NCBI GenBank assembly: GCA_030324005.1
Contig: JARDVH010000110.1
Coordinates: 21,826,989-21,890,988, forward strand
DNA: 64,000 bases
Reading direction: 5' to 3'
Source of the DNA: Negaprion brevirostris
Lineage: Eukaryota
A program made the translations under genes and the position numbers. Below are positions 1 through 12,610 of this stretch, piece after piece; the first letter of the stretch is position 1; each line of letters starts with the position of its first letter. The notes beneath the pieces were generated by a model, which worked only from the letters and a program-made list of their open reading frames with translations, made no database searches and was not told the origin of the DNA.

Positions 1-66
1 AGGATGGGCAATATCTGCTGGCCTAGCCAGTGACGTCAATGTTCCACAAATTAATAAAAAAAGAAA
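1..66 (+). mobile_element. 3' tail of tRNA-SINE/LINE family (tail shared with 21080-21485 and 37750-38110)
   Basis: GGATGGGCAATATCTGCTGGCCTAGCCAGTGACGTC...AATAAAAA matches the tails of the other in-window copies. Confidence 0.7.
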
Positions 67-169
67 TCCTGAAAGAAGTTTCACGCATTGATGTTAAGCT
101 TTCATAACAATATCAAGACCCACAATATATTTTAAACCATCAATTAGACCACAGAATGTCAATAAATAA

Positions 170-428
170 GTTAAAGTTTATCTCTTAGTGTCATATGTTG
201 GCTTATATTAACACTGCAATGAAGTTACTGTGAAAATCCCCTAGTTGCCACACTCCGAAGTCTGTTCAGTATACTAAGGGAGAATTTAGCATGGCCAATG
301 CACCTCACCAGCACATCTTTCGGACTAGGGAGGAAACCGCAACACCTGGAGGAAACCCATGCAGAAACGGGGAGTATGTGCAGACTCCACACAGACTGTG
401 ACCCAAGCCAGGAATTGAACCCAGGTTG
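170..428 (-). mobile_element. HE1/V-SINE, tail type B
   Basis: Reverse strand has GGGTTCAATTCC B-box and V-domain TGGGTTTCCTCCAGGTG...GGTTTCCTCCC; homologous to 18181-18455 and 45938-46238. Confidence 0.85.
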
Positions 429-474
429 TCAGGCAACAATGCTACCCTTCATTGCTGTAGTGAAAAATGAGAGT

Positions 475-640
475 ACATACAAAATAGGAGCAGAAGTAGG
501 CCATTTAGTCTTTCCAGCCTACTCTGCCATTCACCAATAGACACCTTTTAAATCACTTGAAAGTTTCTGCCTCCACTACTCTTTTTAGGCAGCGAGTTCC
601 AGGCCTCCACAACCCTCTGGGTGAAAATATTTTTCCTCAC
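475..640 (-). mobile_element. Old CR1 LINE 3' fragment
   Basis: ATAGGAGCAGAAGTAGGCCATT and GAGTTCCAGGCCTCCACAACCCTCTGGGTGAAAA, as in other CR1 3' ends here. Confidence 0.6.
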
Positions 641-1234
641 CAACCACCGCCTCCACCCCTTCTACTGCTCTCTGGTGGATGACTTGAGTCATCATTTCTG
701 GTGCCTCCAGATTCATTCAATGATAGGAGACATTTCCCGACACAATTTTCATTGTGAAGTATAAATTCAAAAAAAAGCAGAACAGAGAACCATTGCATCA
801 CAATGAAAGCCTTAGTGATTTCATCCTTGATTGCATTCGTATTGCTAATTTTGTTCTGATTTGCCAATTTTGTTCTGATTAAATTATTTTTCAAGAAACT
901 CAAATTTGTATTTTTATTTCCATGGTTGATTAGTTTCGCATTAGAAGAGAAGCATCCATTCTTTTGTTATAAATACTTCATTAGACTTTGCCAGATGTGC
1001 ATCTAAAAGAGTAGGATCATGAAGAAACTTAGGCCTTAAAAGTATAATGATGCGTATTAACATATATGACCAATATTGATGGAAGCTAATACCTCCATTT
1101 AAATCCTGAATGAAGAAGTTTCACATGTTGGTGTTAAACTTTCATACAACAAATCAAGATCCACAGTGTATTTTAAACTATTGATTTGACACAATGTCAA
1201 TGAATATTGCAATGCATTACATTGTACAAGGTGG

Positions 1235-1780
1235 AACCAGAAGAGAAAATCTCAGCAGGTCTGGTAGCATCTGTAAGGAGAGAAAAGAGCTGACGTTTNN
1301 NNNNNNNNNNNNNNNNNNNNNNNNNNNNNNNNNNNNNNNNNNNNNNNNNNNNNNNNNNNNNNNNNNNNNNNNNNNNNNNNNNNNNNNNNNNNNNNNNNTG
1401 TACAAGGTGGAACCAGAAGAGAAAATCTCAGCAGGTCTGGTAGCATCTGTAAGGAGAGAAAAGAGCTGACGTTTCAAGTCCAGATGACCCTTTGCCAAAG
1501 CTAAAAGGCACAGATTTTGGGAGATATTTATACTGTAGAGTGAGGGAATAAAAGATGAGTCATAGCCACAAAAACAAGGGGAAAGGTTGCTAATGACAGT
1601 CCATAGAGAGAATAGAAAGTGTGAATGGCCAAACGGCAGCAGAGAGTGAGCTGTGACAGATAAAGATATGGGAGGAGGAGGGAGATGAATGGGAGAGAGG
1701 TAATATTGAGAAAAAGGGGGGAAAGGGGAAGCAAAAGGGGAGAAAAGGTAAGGAAAGGGGGATAAAATAGGGGGAAATAT
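1235..1780 (-). mobile_element. Penelope-like element terminal fragment spanning an assembly gap
   Basis: CTCAGCAGGTCTGGTAGCATCTGT...GACGTTTCAAGTCCAGATGACCCTTTG plus purine-rich tract; flanked by TTGTACAAGGTGG / TTGTGCAAGGTGG (TSD-like). Confidence 0.7.
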
Positions 1781-1889
1781 TTGTGCAAGGTGGTATTCAT
1801 TGCTGTAGTGAAAAATGAGAGTACATATAAAATAGGAGCACAAGTAAGCCACTTGATCTTTCCAGCCTGCTCCACCATTCAATGAGATC

Positions 1890-2735
1890 AAAGAACAGTA
1901 CAGCACAGGAACAGGCCCTTCAGCCCACCAAGTCTACACCGGTCATGTTGTCCTACCTAGATCAATCACCTGTATCCCTTTATACCCTCCCTGTTCATAT
2001 ACCTATCCAGATAAATCTTAAATGTTACTATGTACCTGCCTCAACCACCTCACTTGCCAGTACATGTCAAGCCTCCTCCACCCTCTGTGTAAAAAACTTC
2101 TCCTGCACATCTCTACTGAACCTTTCCTCCGCCCTTACCTTAAACTTGCGCCCCCTTGTGATTGTCATTTGTGCCCTGGGAAAAAGCTTCCAACTATTCA
2201 CCTTATCTATGCCCCTCATAATTTTATAAATTTCTTCAGTCTCCGTCTTTCCAGGGAGAACAATCCCAGTTTATTCAATCTCTCCCCACAGCTAATACCC
2301 TCCATACTCGGCAACATCATGATAAACTTTTGCTGTACTCCCACCAAAGCCACCACATTCTTCTGGTAGTGTGGTGACCAGAATTGGACACTGTATTCCA
2401 AATGTGGCCTAAGCAATATTTTATACAACTGTAACATAATTTGCCAACTTTTATACTTGATGCCCCATCTGATGAAGGAAGCATGCCATATGCTTTCTTC
2501 ACCCACCTTTTCCACCAGCGCTGCCACTTTCAAGGATTTGTGGACCTGTACTCCCAGATCTAGCTGTGTGTCTATGCTCATGATGGCTCTGCCACCTAAA
2601 CTGGAGCTACCAAAATGCATCACCTTGCATTTGTCCGGATTAAATCCCATCTGCCTTTTCTGTGCCCAATTTTCCAGCCTATCTATATCCTGCTGTATTC
2701 TCAGGCAATCATCACTATCTGCAGTTCCAGTAATC
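1890..2735 (-). mobile_element. CR1 (HER1-like) LINE, RT C-terminus and 3' UTR
   Basis: ORF 2216-2782: IQQDIDRLENWAQKRQMGFNPDKCKVMHFG ... LRPHLEYSVQFWSPHYQK, hallmark CR1 ORF2 motifs. Confidence 0.92.
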
Positions 2736-3167
2736 TGAGTGTCATGGCTGATGTGTTTGTTTTTGAAGTTCCACATTCCCATCTACTTTCAAAAACCTTT
2801 GATTCCCTTGTCCTTGCTCAATAATTTCTATTGATTTAACAGTGCCCCTGAATTTATACATTTGCTGCTAATGTGAGTTGATAATGTCTGTCCCCACTGT
2901 ATTCTGTTATATCCTGTACAAATATAACAGAATAAGGAATGATTATTAGCCTGAATGCCTGCAGTCTCAGTGCTCTGTTTTTGACAGGGAGACAAGGAGA
3001 AAGCAATGGATTTAGTTATGTCTTTCAGTCCTTTTACAATTTGTGTAATAATACTGAAAATTCACATCAGAGCCCAGCCAGTTTAGGAAAATAAGAGGAC
3101 AGCAGAAGTGATCATGGTGAGGGGCTACAGAGATACCGATGATGGGGGTTGATTTTTGTAGGGTTGG

Positions 3168-3260
3168 AACGTAAGAACATTTGAATTAGCAGCAGGTGTA
3201 GGCTACTAGGCCCCTTGAGCCTGCTCCACCACTCGGTGAGATCGTGGCTGACCTCAACTC
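3168..3260 (-). mobile_element. CR1 3' terminal fragment
   Basis: AAGAACAT...GCCCCTTGAGCCTGCTCCACCACTCGGTGAGATCGTGGCTGA. Confidence 0.6.
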
Positions 3261-4782
3261 CAGAAGACAGGAGAAACATTTGATTCATTCCCCTCTTCAT
3301 CCTAAAAAAAGGCATTCAAAATCTTTTCTGCTCCCTGTCTCTGAATGGCCTGCCGTGCTTCCTTTAAAGATAATTTCTTCTTACTTGACAGTTTTGTTTC
3401 CTTCACAGGGCATCAGGTTGCTTGAGCTCATAAGGCCTCCGACCCCTGACCCCTTTCCCGGCAAATGCTGCTTGCTCATTTCAAGTCTGCAGCTAAAATG
3501 GCAGCAAGCTGGATCTTCAAAGGAGTGCCATCCGCTAGTTCTAACTAAACACTACTACTTAGCAGAAAGGATGAAAATCTGCCCCGAGAATTTTGATTGC
3601 TACTTTTTCAGATCTGTTTTAATTGTGCAAAAGCTGCAAGCTATTGGCCCTTGGTAATGTCATGAATGTTTCTATACTGAGCTGTTTCTGGAAATGATAG
3701 TTGCTGCTGGTTTTGAAATGAATGAGTGATGAATTTAAATTTATGACACAAGAAATGCTGATATTTATATATGTAGTGTTATAAAACCTGTGCAGGGTGA
3801 GCATCTACTAACTTTAATCACTGAGGAGAGAGCTGTTGTGATATGCACTGTAAAGAGGAATAGCTGGTGCCTAAAATGAGATGTAATAAAGAAAATGAAT
3901 TGAGACTTGACAAGTGGTGTAAATGGGATATGGATGTGATGAAAGTTGTAAAAGATAAATCTCCTTTGGCTATTATGCTTAATGCCATTTTGTAGATGGA
4001 GGGCAATGCAGTTGTTTGCCCATATACTGTCCTTGGTGTTGTGGGATGCTCTTTGAGCTGTACTTTCAACCATTTATTTGCATTGTACATTGAAAAGAAA
4101 GATTGATAAAACTCGATTAGCTATGCAACCACATTTCAGGATTGACTTTTTATCGCTAGATTTGGTTGGCAACTTATCAGATGAAAACTTTGAAGGCTTT
4201 CATCAGTCTTGCTGGAAGGAATTTACTGCCTAACAAACCTGACATTACAGTGAATAACTTGTCAGTTCCCAGAGCTTTACTGACGGGCCCCTGTCAACAA
4301 GTCCACACTTACTGATAAATAAGTAACGATTGCACATTTATGCTGAGTAAATTTGACCATGTATATTACATAGCCTTGTCTTGGGAGACTGTTCTTGTGT
4401 GCTGCAATTGTGAACTTTTAGACATTTTATTCAAAGCCCGAACAATTGAGAGATAGTAGGCTAAATTTAATAACCCTTGAAAATGAGCATGGAAATGGTA
4501 ATGTGTAATTACTCTGTATGCATTGATTGCAATGCAGGCAGCATGTCAGGCAATATCCCAACTTTGTGTTATCCATTCATTTTAATGATTTCAGCATCTA
4601 GCCAGGACAAATTGTATCATTGACTAGCATCAACAGCGGACCATTATCATGAGGTGTCAGCCCGGACTGCCTTGTAACTCTTAAGGCAAGGATGCATGAT
4701 TGCTGGATTAGGAACTGGATATAGCGAAAGAAGTGGCTCTGACATGGGAAACATTGAAGAATAGCGAAACATAGAAATAGCG

Positions 4783-4870
4783 AGCTCCAAGGTTTTCAAA
4801 TGCTGCATGGAAACCTTGGTGGAGGAAGTGGAAAGGAGGAAAGATGCCTCCTACCCAGGGGCAGGGGATG
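4783..4870 (+). mobile_element. Harbinger Myb/SANT ORF remnant
   Basis: With one frameshift reads APRFSNAA-ETLVEEVERRKDASYP; homologous to 43990-44080. Confidence 0.6.
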
Positions 4871-4884
4871 GGGGCCTACCCAGG

Positions 4885-5230
4885 CCCAGCGAGCACGGAG
4901 TGAGCTGGGAGCAAATTGAGAGCTAAAGGGCTTTGGCTCATCAGGTTTAGGCGAAAAGGGCGAGGCAGGGCAAGTTTAATTCTTATTTACTTTTTCTGTG
5001 TTCCTTAAAAAAAGGGAAATTATGAGTGTGAGGTGTGTCGAGCTGTGGTTCCTAAGGGACTGTGTTAGAGAACTGGAACTGCAGCTCGAGGATCTTCGTC
5101 TGGTTAGAGAAAATGAGGAGGTGATAGACAGGAGCTACCGGCAGGTGGTCACACTGAGGCCATGGGAGGCAGACAAGTGGGTAAGGGTCAGGAAGGGGAA
5201 AGCTTGGGTGATAGAGCATATATATGCTCC
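4885..5230 (+). mobile_element. CR1 5' UTR and ORF1 fragment
   Basis: ORF 4998-5264: LRDCVRELELQLEDLRLVRENEEVIDRSYRQVVT, CR1 ORF1 coiled-coil. Confidence 0.75.
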
Positions 5231-5779
5231 AAAGACAGTGGGGGCAGGTAGTCTTGGATCATAATGCCAGAAGACAAGTCTTGAGCACTTGAATGCAGTG
5301 CCTTAAGTTCAGTGATCTCACTGTCAAGGCCAATATTGCACCTTAAAATGCCATATTCTACCAGCTACACCACCAAACTCAAGACAATGTTCAGATCATC
5401 ACACTGTTATATATTTTAAAGGGTTACAGATTGCTTTAAGAGCTGTTCACATGATTTGATTAAGCTGTCATTAGGGTGTTGCCACAGGCTACTGTTTTAC
5501 ATGAAGTTTGCAGTCTGTGCAGAGAACATCTCTTTCAATAAACCTGTTGTGTGTTAATTTGAATTCAGATATGCAATCCACTTTCTTTTATTTTTGTTAA
5601 ATCCACAACAATAAACATAGTTAGGATGGTACACACACATCCACATCATTCACCTACCATCTATCTCTGTCAGGACTCTTCCCAACATGCTCCATCCTCA
5701 TAAATTTAGTACTGCGCTAAGCCTCTCACCTCATGTTGTACACACTATCAACTCTTTATCCATTGTGGCCACATCACTC

Positions 5780-6390
5780 AGAAGATGTGCGAGTTATGTT
5801 GATTGGCCATGCTAAATTGACACTTAGACTCAAAATGGTAAAACCTCATTGTAATAGCTTATTGCTGATAGTAGTCAATAATACAATTTGTCCTAGCTGG
5901 ATGCTGAAATCATTAAAATGAAATCATTAAAAAAGTGCTGAATCTGGGCATAATTCAATCCGACTTGGAAACCTGTTCTCATGCGCCCCCATACACAATC
6001 AGCTGGAAAAAAAATCACAAGTCTGAATTGTGCTGTGGGCGGAACTTATTGCACCTGATATGCTGCAGCTCTGATTGGAGCTTTGAACTGTGCATGCGCA
6101 GTAAAAAAAAATTGAAAAACGCTCTCCTGTCGGGCGCAGTGCCGATTGCGGCCATTTTTGGGCCTTGGTAAAGTGGGAATCTGTGTGGACATGCACGCAG
6201 ATTGTGCTATTTGCCCCGTGCCCGACTTTCCCAAGTTTCCACGCCCAAAAATGGATGCAATGCAATAGTAAAATTGGGCCCTTAGTCTCGGGGGATTAGC
6301 AGGGTAAATATGTGGGGTTACGTGGGTGGAATTGCTGTTAGTGCAGCTTCATGGACCAAATGGCAGCCTTGTACTGGATTACATGATTCC
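5780..6390 (+). mobile_element. Partial HE1 SINE split by a ~455-bp Harbinger-type non-autonomous insert (5827-6281)
   Basis: HE1 sequence stops at ...ATTGACACTTA (5826) and resumes at TTAGTCTCGGGGGATTAGCAGGG (6282); insert ends AAAATTGGGCCC and is flanked by TTA. Confidence 0.65.
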
Positions 6391-7199
6391 ATGGTCACTC
6401 AAACAAATTGTTTGGCACTCATTGATACACAAATTTATTGTTGCATTACAGGACAAGGTATTGGAACGTCAGAGGCAGTAAGAGCTAACCAGAGTATGGA
6501 CAAGGATGACCGAATGTCCTACGGCCATGGAACAGACAGTGCTGATCAATGTTGGGATATGGTTGCTGGGACTGTAGTCATCGGGAGGGCTGAATCATCA
6601 AAGGCGATGGTACCCTCATACCTAATAGTCTTTCTCACATTCCCTTGTGTCTTTATCTCAATCTTCTCTGAGCCTCTTATCTCCCTGCTCTCCTGCAGCC
6701 TTGCTGCTGGTTTCATCCATATGCTGTCTTGTTCAAAATCTAACCAGCTANNNNNNNNNNNNNNNNNNNNNNNNNNNNNNNNNNNNNNNNNNNNNNNNNN
6801 NNNNNNNNNNNNNNNNNNNNNNNNNNNNNNNNNNNNNNNNNNNNNNNNNNAACACCCAATCACAGTCTTCGTTCTTTCCTTAAATCGATTTTTCCTGTTT
6901 AATCTTGTGCTTTGCTGTTTTTTACAATTCATTTGAAGTTCCCTTTCGCAAAATAGATCAATCCTCTGTTATTACATTATGGCTACCATTTTCTAAAATT
7001 AAACTTATACTATTTGCTTCATTTATTCATAATATTCCAATTTTATACGTTCCCTTTTGAAATACAACAGCCAACTTCAAACCATTTTTCTCTAACTTAT
7101 GTCAATTTATATTCAAGGTTCTCCTGGCTTTCTGGTCATCACCGTGTCAAAGTGCATGCCTTCACACCCTCTCTATCAATGTTTGACCTTGCAGACTTC

Positions 7200-7700
7200 C
7201 TGGCTGTGATTTTAGAGTGGGGTAAGCTGGTAAGATTGTGTAAGAATTGAGAAATCAGGCTCACGCTTGATTTCTTGCCTCTCGTGATCTAACTGGCACT
7301 GGATATCTGATGCATTCAGCCTCTCGCTCATTTCTGGTGAGAGGTTGAATAAATTATTGAAATAGATTTAAAACATCATTTCCATGTGATTTGTGAGCCT
7401 TTGTGGCAAGGTTCTTACTGGCAAAGAAAACACCTCGCCAGTAAGAACCTCGGCAATAGAACCAGAGGCCAATTGGGAGGTCGGGGGCAAGAGGGTATGC
7501 CCCTTTGGCAGTGCCAGCCTGGCACCTTGGCATTGGCCAGTGTGTGGTCCCAGGGGCAGGGCCTGAGGGGGCAGTTACTTTCTGAGACAAATTAAAAAGT
7601 ACCCTCTCAACGCTGAAAGGAAAAAGATTGAGTGTACACTGAGTCCTTTGAGAGTGTCAGTGGCTGCGGCAGAAATTTTCACAGTGGCTTTGAAAATTTA
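7200..7700 (+). mobile_element. Non-autonomous DNA-transposon-like repeat
   Basis: AAGCTGGTAAGATTG...AAATCAGG homologous to the reverse strand of 12470-12570. Confidence 0.5.
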
Positions 7701-8429
7701 GTGGAGTTGAAGCCCATGTAAAATTACAGTTACAATTTCTTTCTTAAAAAATAGAACCTGTCTTTTTCTCATTTTTGCATCTGACGTTCTTTATTCAATG
7801 CAAGATTTTCAGCCTCTGTGCTGAATTTTAAACTGGAATAGAGAAAGGCTCTTAACTTGGGGAGAGAAGAGAATGTTATTGATTCATTGGAGGCTTTTCT
7901 AGCCTATTGCTTTAGCAGCTTGCTTGCTGTACTAAGAGATTTCAAAAAATGGTTACTGCAGTAACATGACACTCCCCCTATGATTTCAGAAGGTATTTGT
8001 TTAACTCATGTCTGAACTGACTGTAGCTAGTGTCCCATAGCTTATAATATTCCAGCCTCCAGCTTCTGAATAAATCATTACCTATCTTGTTAAGCTAGGA
8101 AAAATGGCTTTCCATATAGTTATTTTCCAAGTAGAATTTGTCTCCACTTGAGAAGCACCCTTATAAAAATGCAAATCCGAGGTCCTGTACAGTTTCCAAT
8201 GAATCCTTTGGAAGTAGTTCTTCACATCAGCAGGTGTAAGATTCATTAGAAGTATGTTGTGGCATGTCTGAATTGTAATTCATATTGGAATTTTTGAAAA
8301 AGGGTCAATTTGCAATTCCAGACATCAGATAACTTGTCGCAGTCATTTTAAGTCTGCGTCTTATCTACCTCATAAAAATTCCCTTTTAAATAGCTCAATA
8401 TACGTTTGATCAGCTGACTAAATTACTGA

Positions 8430-9180
8430 TTGATATTCCTCATGTCACATCACTGAGACAGTAGATGAAATGAATAGGCAAAACTGTCCAAATGGGATTC
8501 AGTGTAAACAAATGTGAAGTCATCCACTCTGGAATGAAAAAGGATAGGAGAGGGTACTTTTTAAATGATGAAGAGCTTAAAACAGTGGAGGTCCAAAGAG
8601 ATTTGTGGTATTATTAAAATGCTATGAAAAGATACAAGCAACTAAGAAGAAAGTCTCATGTAATTCTGTGTGTTACACCCGAGGAAGAATATATTAGCCT
8701 TGAAGGAAATGCAGCGTTGATGTACCAGCATGATACTTAGTATCCTGGGGTTAAACTGCAGAGATATTACACAAACTAGGGTTGTATTTACTGGAATTTA
8801 GAAAGTTAAAAGTAATTTGATCTGACTTTTCAGGATAGCCAGGATCCAGATAGGGTAGTTGGAGAGAAATCATTTTCACTGGTTTGGGAATCTAAGGACT
8901 AGGGAGGAGAGTCGAACAATTAGAGACAGATCTTTCAGGAGTAAAGTTCAGAAACACTTCTTGATATGAAGGTAGCAGAAATCTGGAGCTCTTTCCTGCA
9001 ATTAGCACTTGATGTAAATTCATTTTTAATTTAAAAGCTGATATTTGTGTTATCTAAAGTTAGTAAGGAATATGGGGCAAAGGTTGATGCATGGTGTTGG
9101 GTCATGTCATCAGCCACAATTTCATTGAATGATGGAACAGACTCAAGGGGCTAAATGGCCTCCCCCTGTTCCTATGTTCC
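8430..9180 (+). mobile_element. Decayed CR1 3' portion
   Basis: Encodes KCEVIH-like motif at ~8510; ends TCAAGGGGCTAAATGGCCTCCCCCTGTTCCTATGTTCC. Confidence 0.8.
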
Positions 9181-10007
9181 CACACTTTCTGCATCATGGA
9201 GAAGACTTACAATGATAGCAAAGCCACTAGTTTGCATCACCTGCTTCTTCCTGGCAAGATATAAATGAAAGATTATCAGCTCTCATTCATTAGCGAGCCC
9301 TCGGTGTCCCCCCTGCTTGGAAGAAGCCAGATGCATAAGTTAATTGCCATGGGTAATGTTGTCCTTGCACTGTTCTGGGGTTGCAGTTATCCCTGCAGCA
9401 GGTGGCAGATTTCAGTGAGTACCTCCTTACAGATGTTTCACACGTTATTTCTTCCAGGGGTCATGTAGTGAATTGTTTTCTAAATATGCTGGGCGGATAT
9501 GGCTTCCTGCCATGAGTCCTTCTCCCCACCCTCTGCCTCCCACTACCCCTATCTTTCCAATAGCTTCTCTGGGTCTGAGTAGCCTGCTTGTCCTCCAAGT
9601 GATGCTGTGCTGTATAGCAAGGGGAAGCCAGTTCGTGCACCATGTCTGGAGGCAATTAATCTGTACAGAAGCCTTGCAGTTGTCAAAAGCTCCTTCAGCT
9701 CCTGTTAAACCATTCCTTTTGCAACATGAAACAATAATAGAAGGCACCAAAAAACTTGTAGAATAAAGGCAACTGTCAGAAGAAATCAATCAGCCACTGA
9801 GCTGTCGGTGGCTGATGACCTCTTTAAACTGCGCTGATGGGGATTCCTTCCTGCTGCTGAACATGTATACTAACTTAAAACAAAATTATTCACTCATTGT
9901 TCCCGTGTTCAGGCCAATGTCTTGATTTTCAAATTCTCATCCTTGTTTTGAAATCGCTCTATGACTGTAATATTCTCCAGTTGCACAATCCTCTGACATA
10001 TCTCTGA

Positions 10008-10506
10008 CATACTCGTTGGAGTTTAGAAGGCTGAGGGGGGATCTTATAGAGATGTACAAGATAATGAAGGGGATAGATAGGGTAGAGGTAGAGAGATTCT
10101 TCACGCTCAGAAAGGACAGCAGGACTAGGGGGCACAGCCTCAAGATAAGGGGGGGTGCAGTTTAGAATGGAGTTGAGGAGGAACTTCTTCACTCAAAGGG
10201 TGGTGANNNNNNNNNNNNNNNNNNNNNNNNNNNNNNNNNNNNNNNNNNNNNNNNNNNNNNNNNNNNNNNNNNNNNNNNNNNNNNNNNNNNNNNNNNNNNN
10301 NNNNNNNNNNNNNNNNNNNNNNNNNNNNNNNNNNNNNNNNNNNNNNNNNNNNNNNNNNNNNNNNNNNNNNNNNNNNNNNNNNNNNNNNNNNNNNNNNNNN
10401 NNNNNNNNNNNNNNNNNNNNNNNNNNNNNNNNNNNNNNNNNNNNNNNNNNNNNNNNNNNNNNNNNNNNNNNNNNNNNNNNNNNNNNNNNNNNNNNNNNTA
10501 CAGTAT
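10008..10506 (+). mobile_element. Young CR1 3' portion, mostly in gap
   Basis: Reads YSLEFRRLRGDLIEMYKIMKGIDRVEVERFF; MELRRNFFTQRVV. Confidence 0.85.
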
Positions 10507-10509
10507 GAT

Positions 10510-11695
10510 CCGGCTTGTGGATAGCCCATTCAGCAAATTATAGAGGCTTTGTAATACCTAAATCTTCTAAGCTTCCAATCTTATCATGAAGTGCATAGGG
10601 CATTGGGCGGGCCTGAAAAAATGTAGACGTTGGATCAGGATTCAGATAAACTTTGCATTTAGCCCCCTTATTCATCCTAACATTTTTTGGAAGACCTGAG
10701 AATATTTACACAGCTGCTCTGAAAAACTCTCTCCTGTAGAAATAATTTTATCTGCATGAGCCAATGATGGCCCATTAGGCAAGGCCTGTGACCTTTAATT
10801 TCCAAGGCAGGTAGCTACCCTTCTAGTTTTTGTAGCACTCACTACAAAACAGCACACACTAACTGTTGCTAACCTTAATGTATCCTGTATATGTAGATGA
10901 TATCTCTCCTGACTTGCTCAATCTCAGTGGTTGGAGGTCTTTTTGATGTCTGCTCCCCAAGCCTGTGGCCGCAGCTCCTGTGTTGACTTCCATTTTAAGA
11001 GATCTGCTGTTTACTATTAAGGCAATCTCAATAGGGAGCACTTTATTTAGTTGGACCAGCTTTAGGGTGTAGGGCTTAGCACCCAGTCAGGCTCCTCATC
11101 CAACTTTTTAAAAGCAATTAAACCAACCATTGTGGGTTTTTTGCACATTCTGTCCTGACTGTTTCACTCTCCATCATGTTTGTAAATGACTCTCCCTATT
11201 TCACCTGCAACATACATAATTTTTGTATCAGCAAGCTGCTTTGGAGTGCTTTCCCCCACAATGAAAATGAGCTCCCTCACTGATTGCTTGGATTCTGCTG
11301 TCCCCTCACTCAGGACATTCTTCACAACAACTGTTTCTTGCCATAGATGGCTCACTTGTGGGGCATGCCTTGTAACTCGCTTATGCCTTGCTCAGTGTAT
11401 TCAGTCACTTAGGCTAATTCCACTGCTTTTTCTCAAGAGACTTTAGTCTTAGCCAGTAACAACTTCTGTACGATGAGACTGTTTATACCACAAACCAAAT
11501 GGGCACTTAACATTTCTCCAAAAGTTTGGCTGAATTCGCAATGCTCTGCTAATCCTCTCCATCTGGCCGTAAAGCCTGAGGCTATCTCCCCCAGCTCCAG
11601 GACTCTCTGAATGGAATTTGCACCTCAACATTTGAGGGTCAGGCGTTAAGATGATGATTGACCAATTCAACTATCTGGTCAAAAGCCTGTCAGTG
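10510..11695 (-). mobile_element. Ty3/Gypsy LTR retrotransposon: gag C-half, protease, start of RT (decayed)
   Basis: Minus strand: LAEHCEFSQTFGEMLSAHLVCGINS (gag), LKMEVNTGAA (DTG-type protease site), GPCLMGHHWL, FFQARPMPYAL...FAEWA. Confidence 0.85.
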
Positions 11696-11699
11696 GAGT

Positions 11700-12610
11700 T
11701 TTATGAAAAAAAAGAACCGAACAAGTACTTAGAGATGGAAAAGAAACCATCAATTTTTTTGTGCAAGCTCCCAATCGCACTTAGTTAAAAACAATGACCG
11801 AGGATGCAATTCTTGCCAGTGAGGATGTTCGGTGGGTGGGTGGGGGGGGTGGTGTGGTGTGGAGGGATGGAGCCTAATGTTGCTGGTGAAGCTGACTGCT
11901 AAGCTATTGGGGCGCCATTGTGCAGGAATCTTGATCTCCCGGTGCACCAGCAGTCACCCCACCCTCTCCATGGAAATTGAGATTTGCTGACAGTCGCTCC
12001 CTGTTCCGGTCTCCACCACCATCTTGGACATCACTCCCCACCCACTGATTTTTGCTGCTGCAGTGTTCCCCCCACCCCACACTCCCAATCGCCATCCCCA
12101 CCAATCAACCCTCCCTTCTGCAGATTTCTTGAGCCCAACTCCTCTAAGGATCCACCCCTTGGCACTGTCTTGCAACTGCCAGAATGCCCTGAGGGCACTG
12201 ACAAGTTGGCACAGCTCAAAGGGCTGTCCTATCCTGGCCACTCAGGAGGCTTCATTGGCCTCAGATTTCACCTTTACATCCCTCCCTGGTAAGGCCATCA
12301 TGTCTGGTCTCTCTTGGTGGGGGCCATACATGATCCTTGCCGGTGAGGACCTTGAATGGCGAGGAGATAAGTCTCAGTGAACCCAGAAAATTGCATCCAG
12401 GACTCACTAATGAGATTTAAATAATGTCATAAATGTTTAAATCAATGCGTTCCCCTTTTTGGGTGCAAAGCTGATTTAGCTGGCAAATCAGTGCCGTTAA
12501 GATTGCAAGAGTTGAAAAGCCAGCTGCAATCCTGATTTTTCGCTTCTCACTCAATCTTACCAGCTTGCCTTGGCAATTGACTGGTGGGGTGAGCTGGTAA
12601 GACCATGACC
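11700..12610 (-). mobile_element. ~900-bp non-autonomous element inserted in Gypsy gag
   Basis: Interrupts gag between ...PDAPDTK and ...FDQIVELVNHH; right end homologous to 7200-7330. Confidence 0.65.

Noticed and set aside
1222-1475. Identical ~77-bp direct repeat either side of the 100-N gap
   Set aside because: Exact copies flanking a placeholder gap indicate unmerged contig overlap, not biology.
3244-3657. 137-aa ORF with an acceptor-like TTCCTTCACAG
   Set aside because: Starts in a CR1 tail; no recognisable domain and no linked exons.
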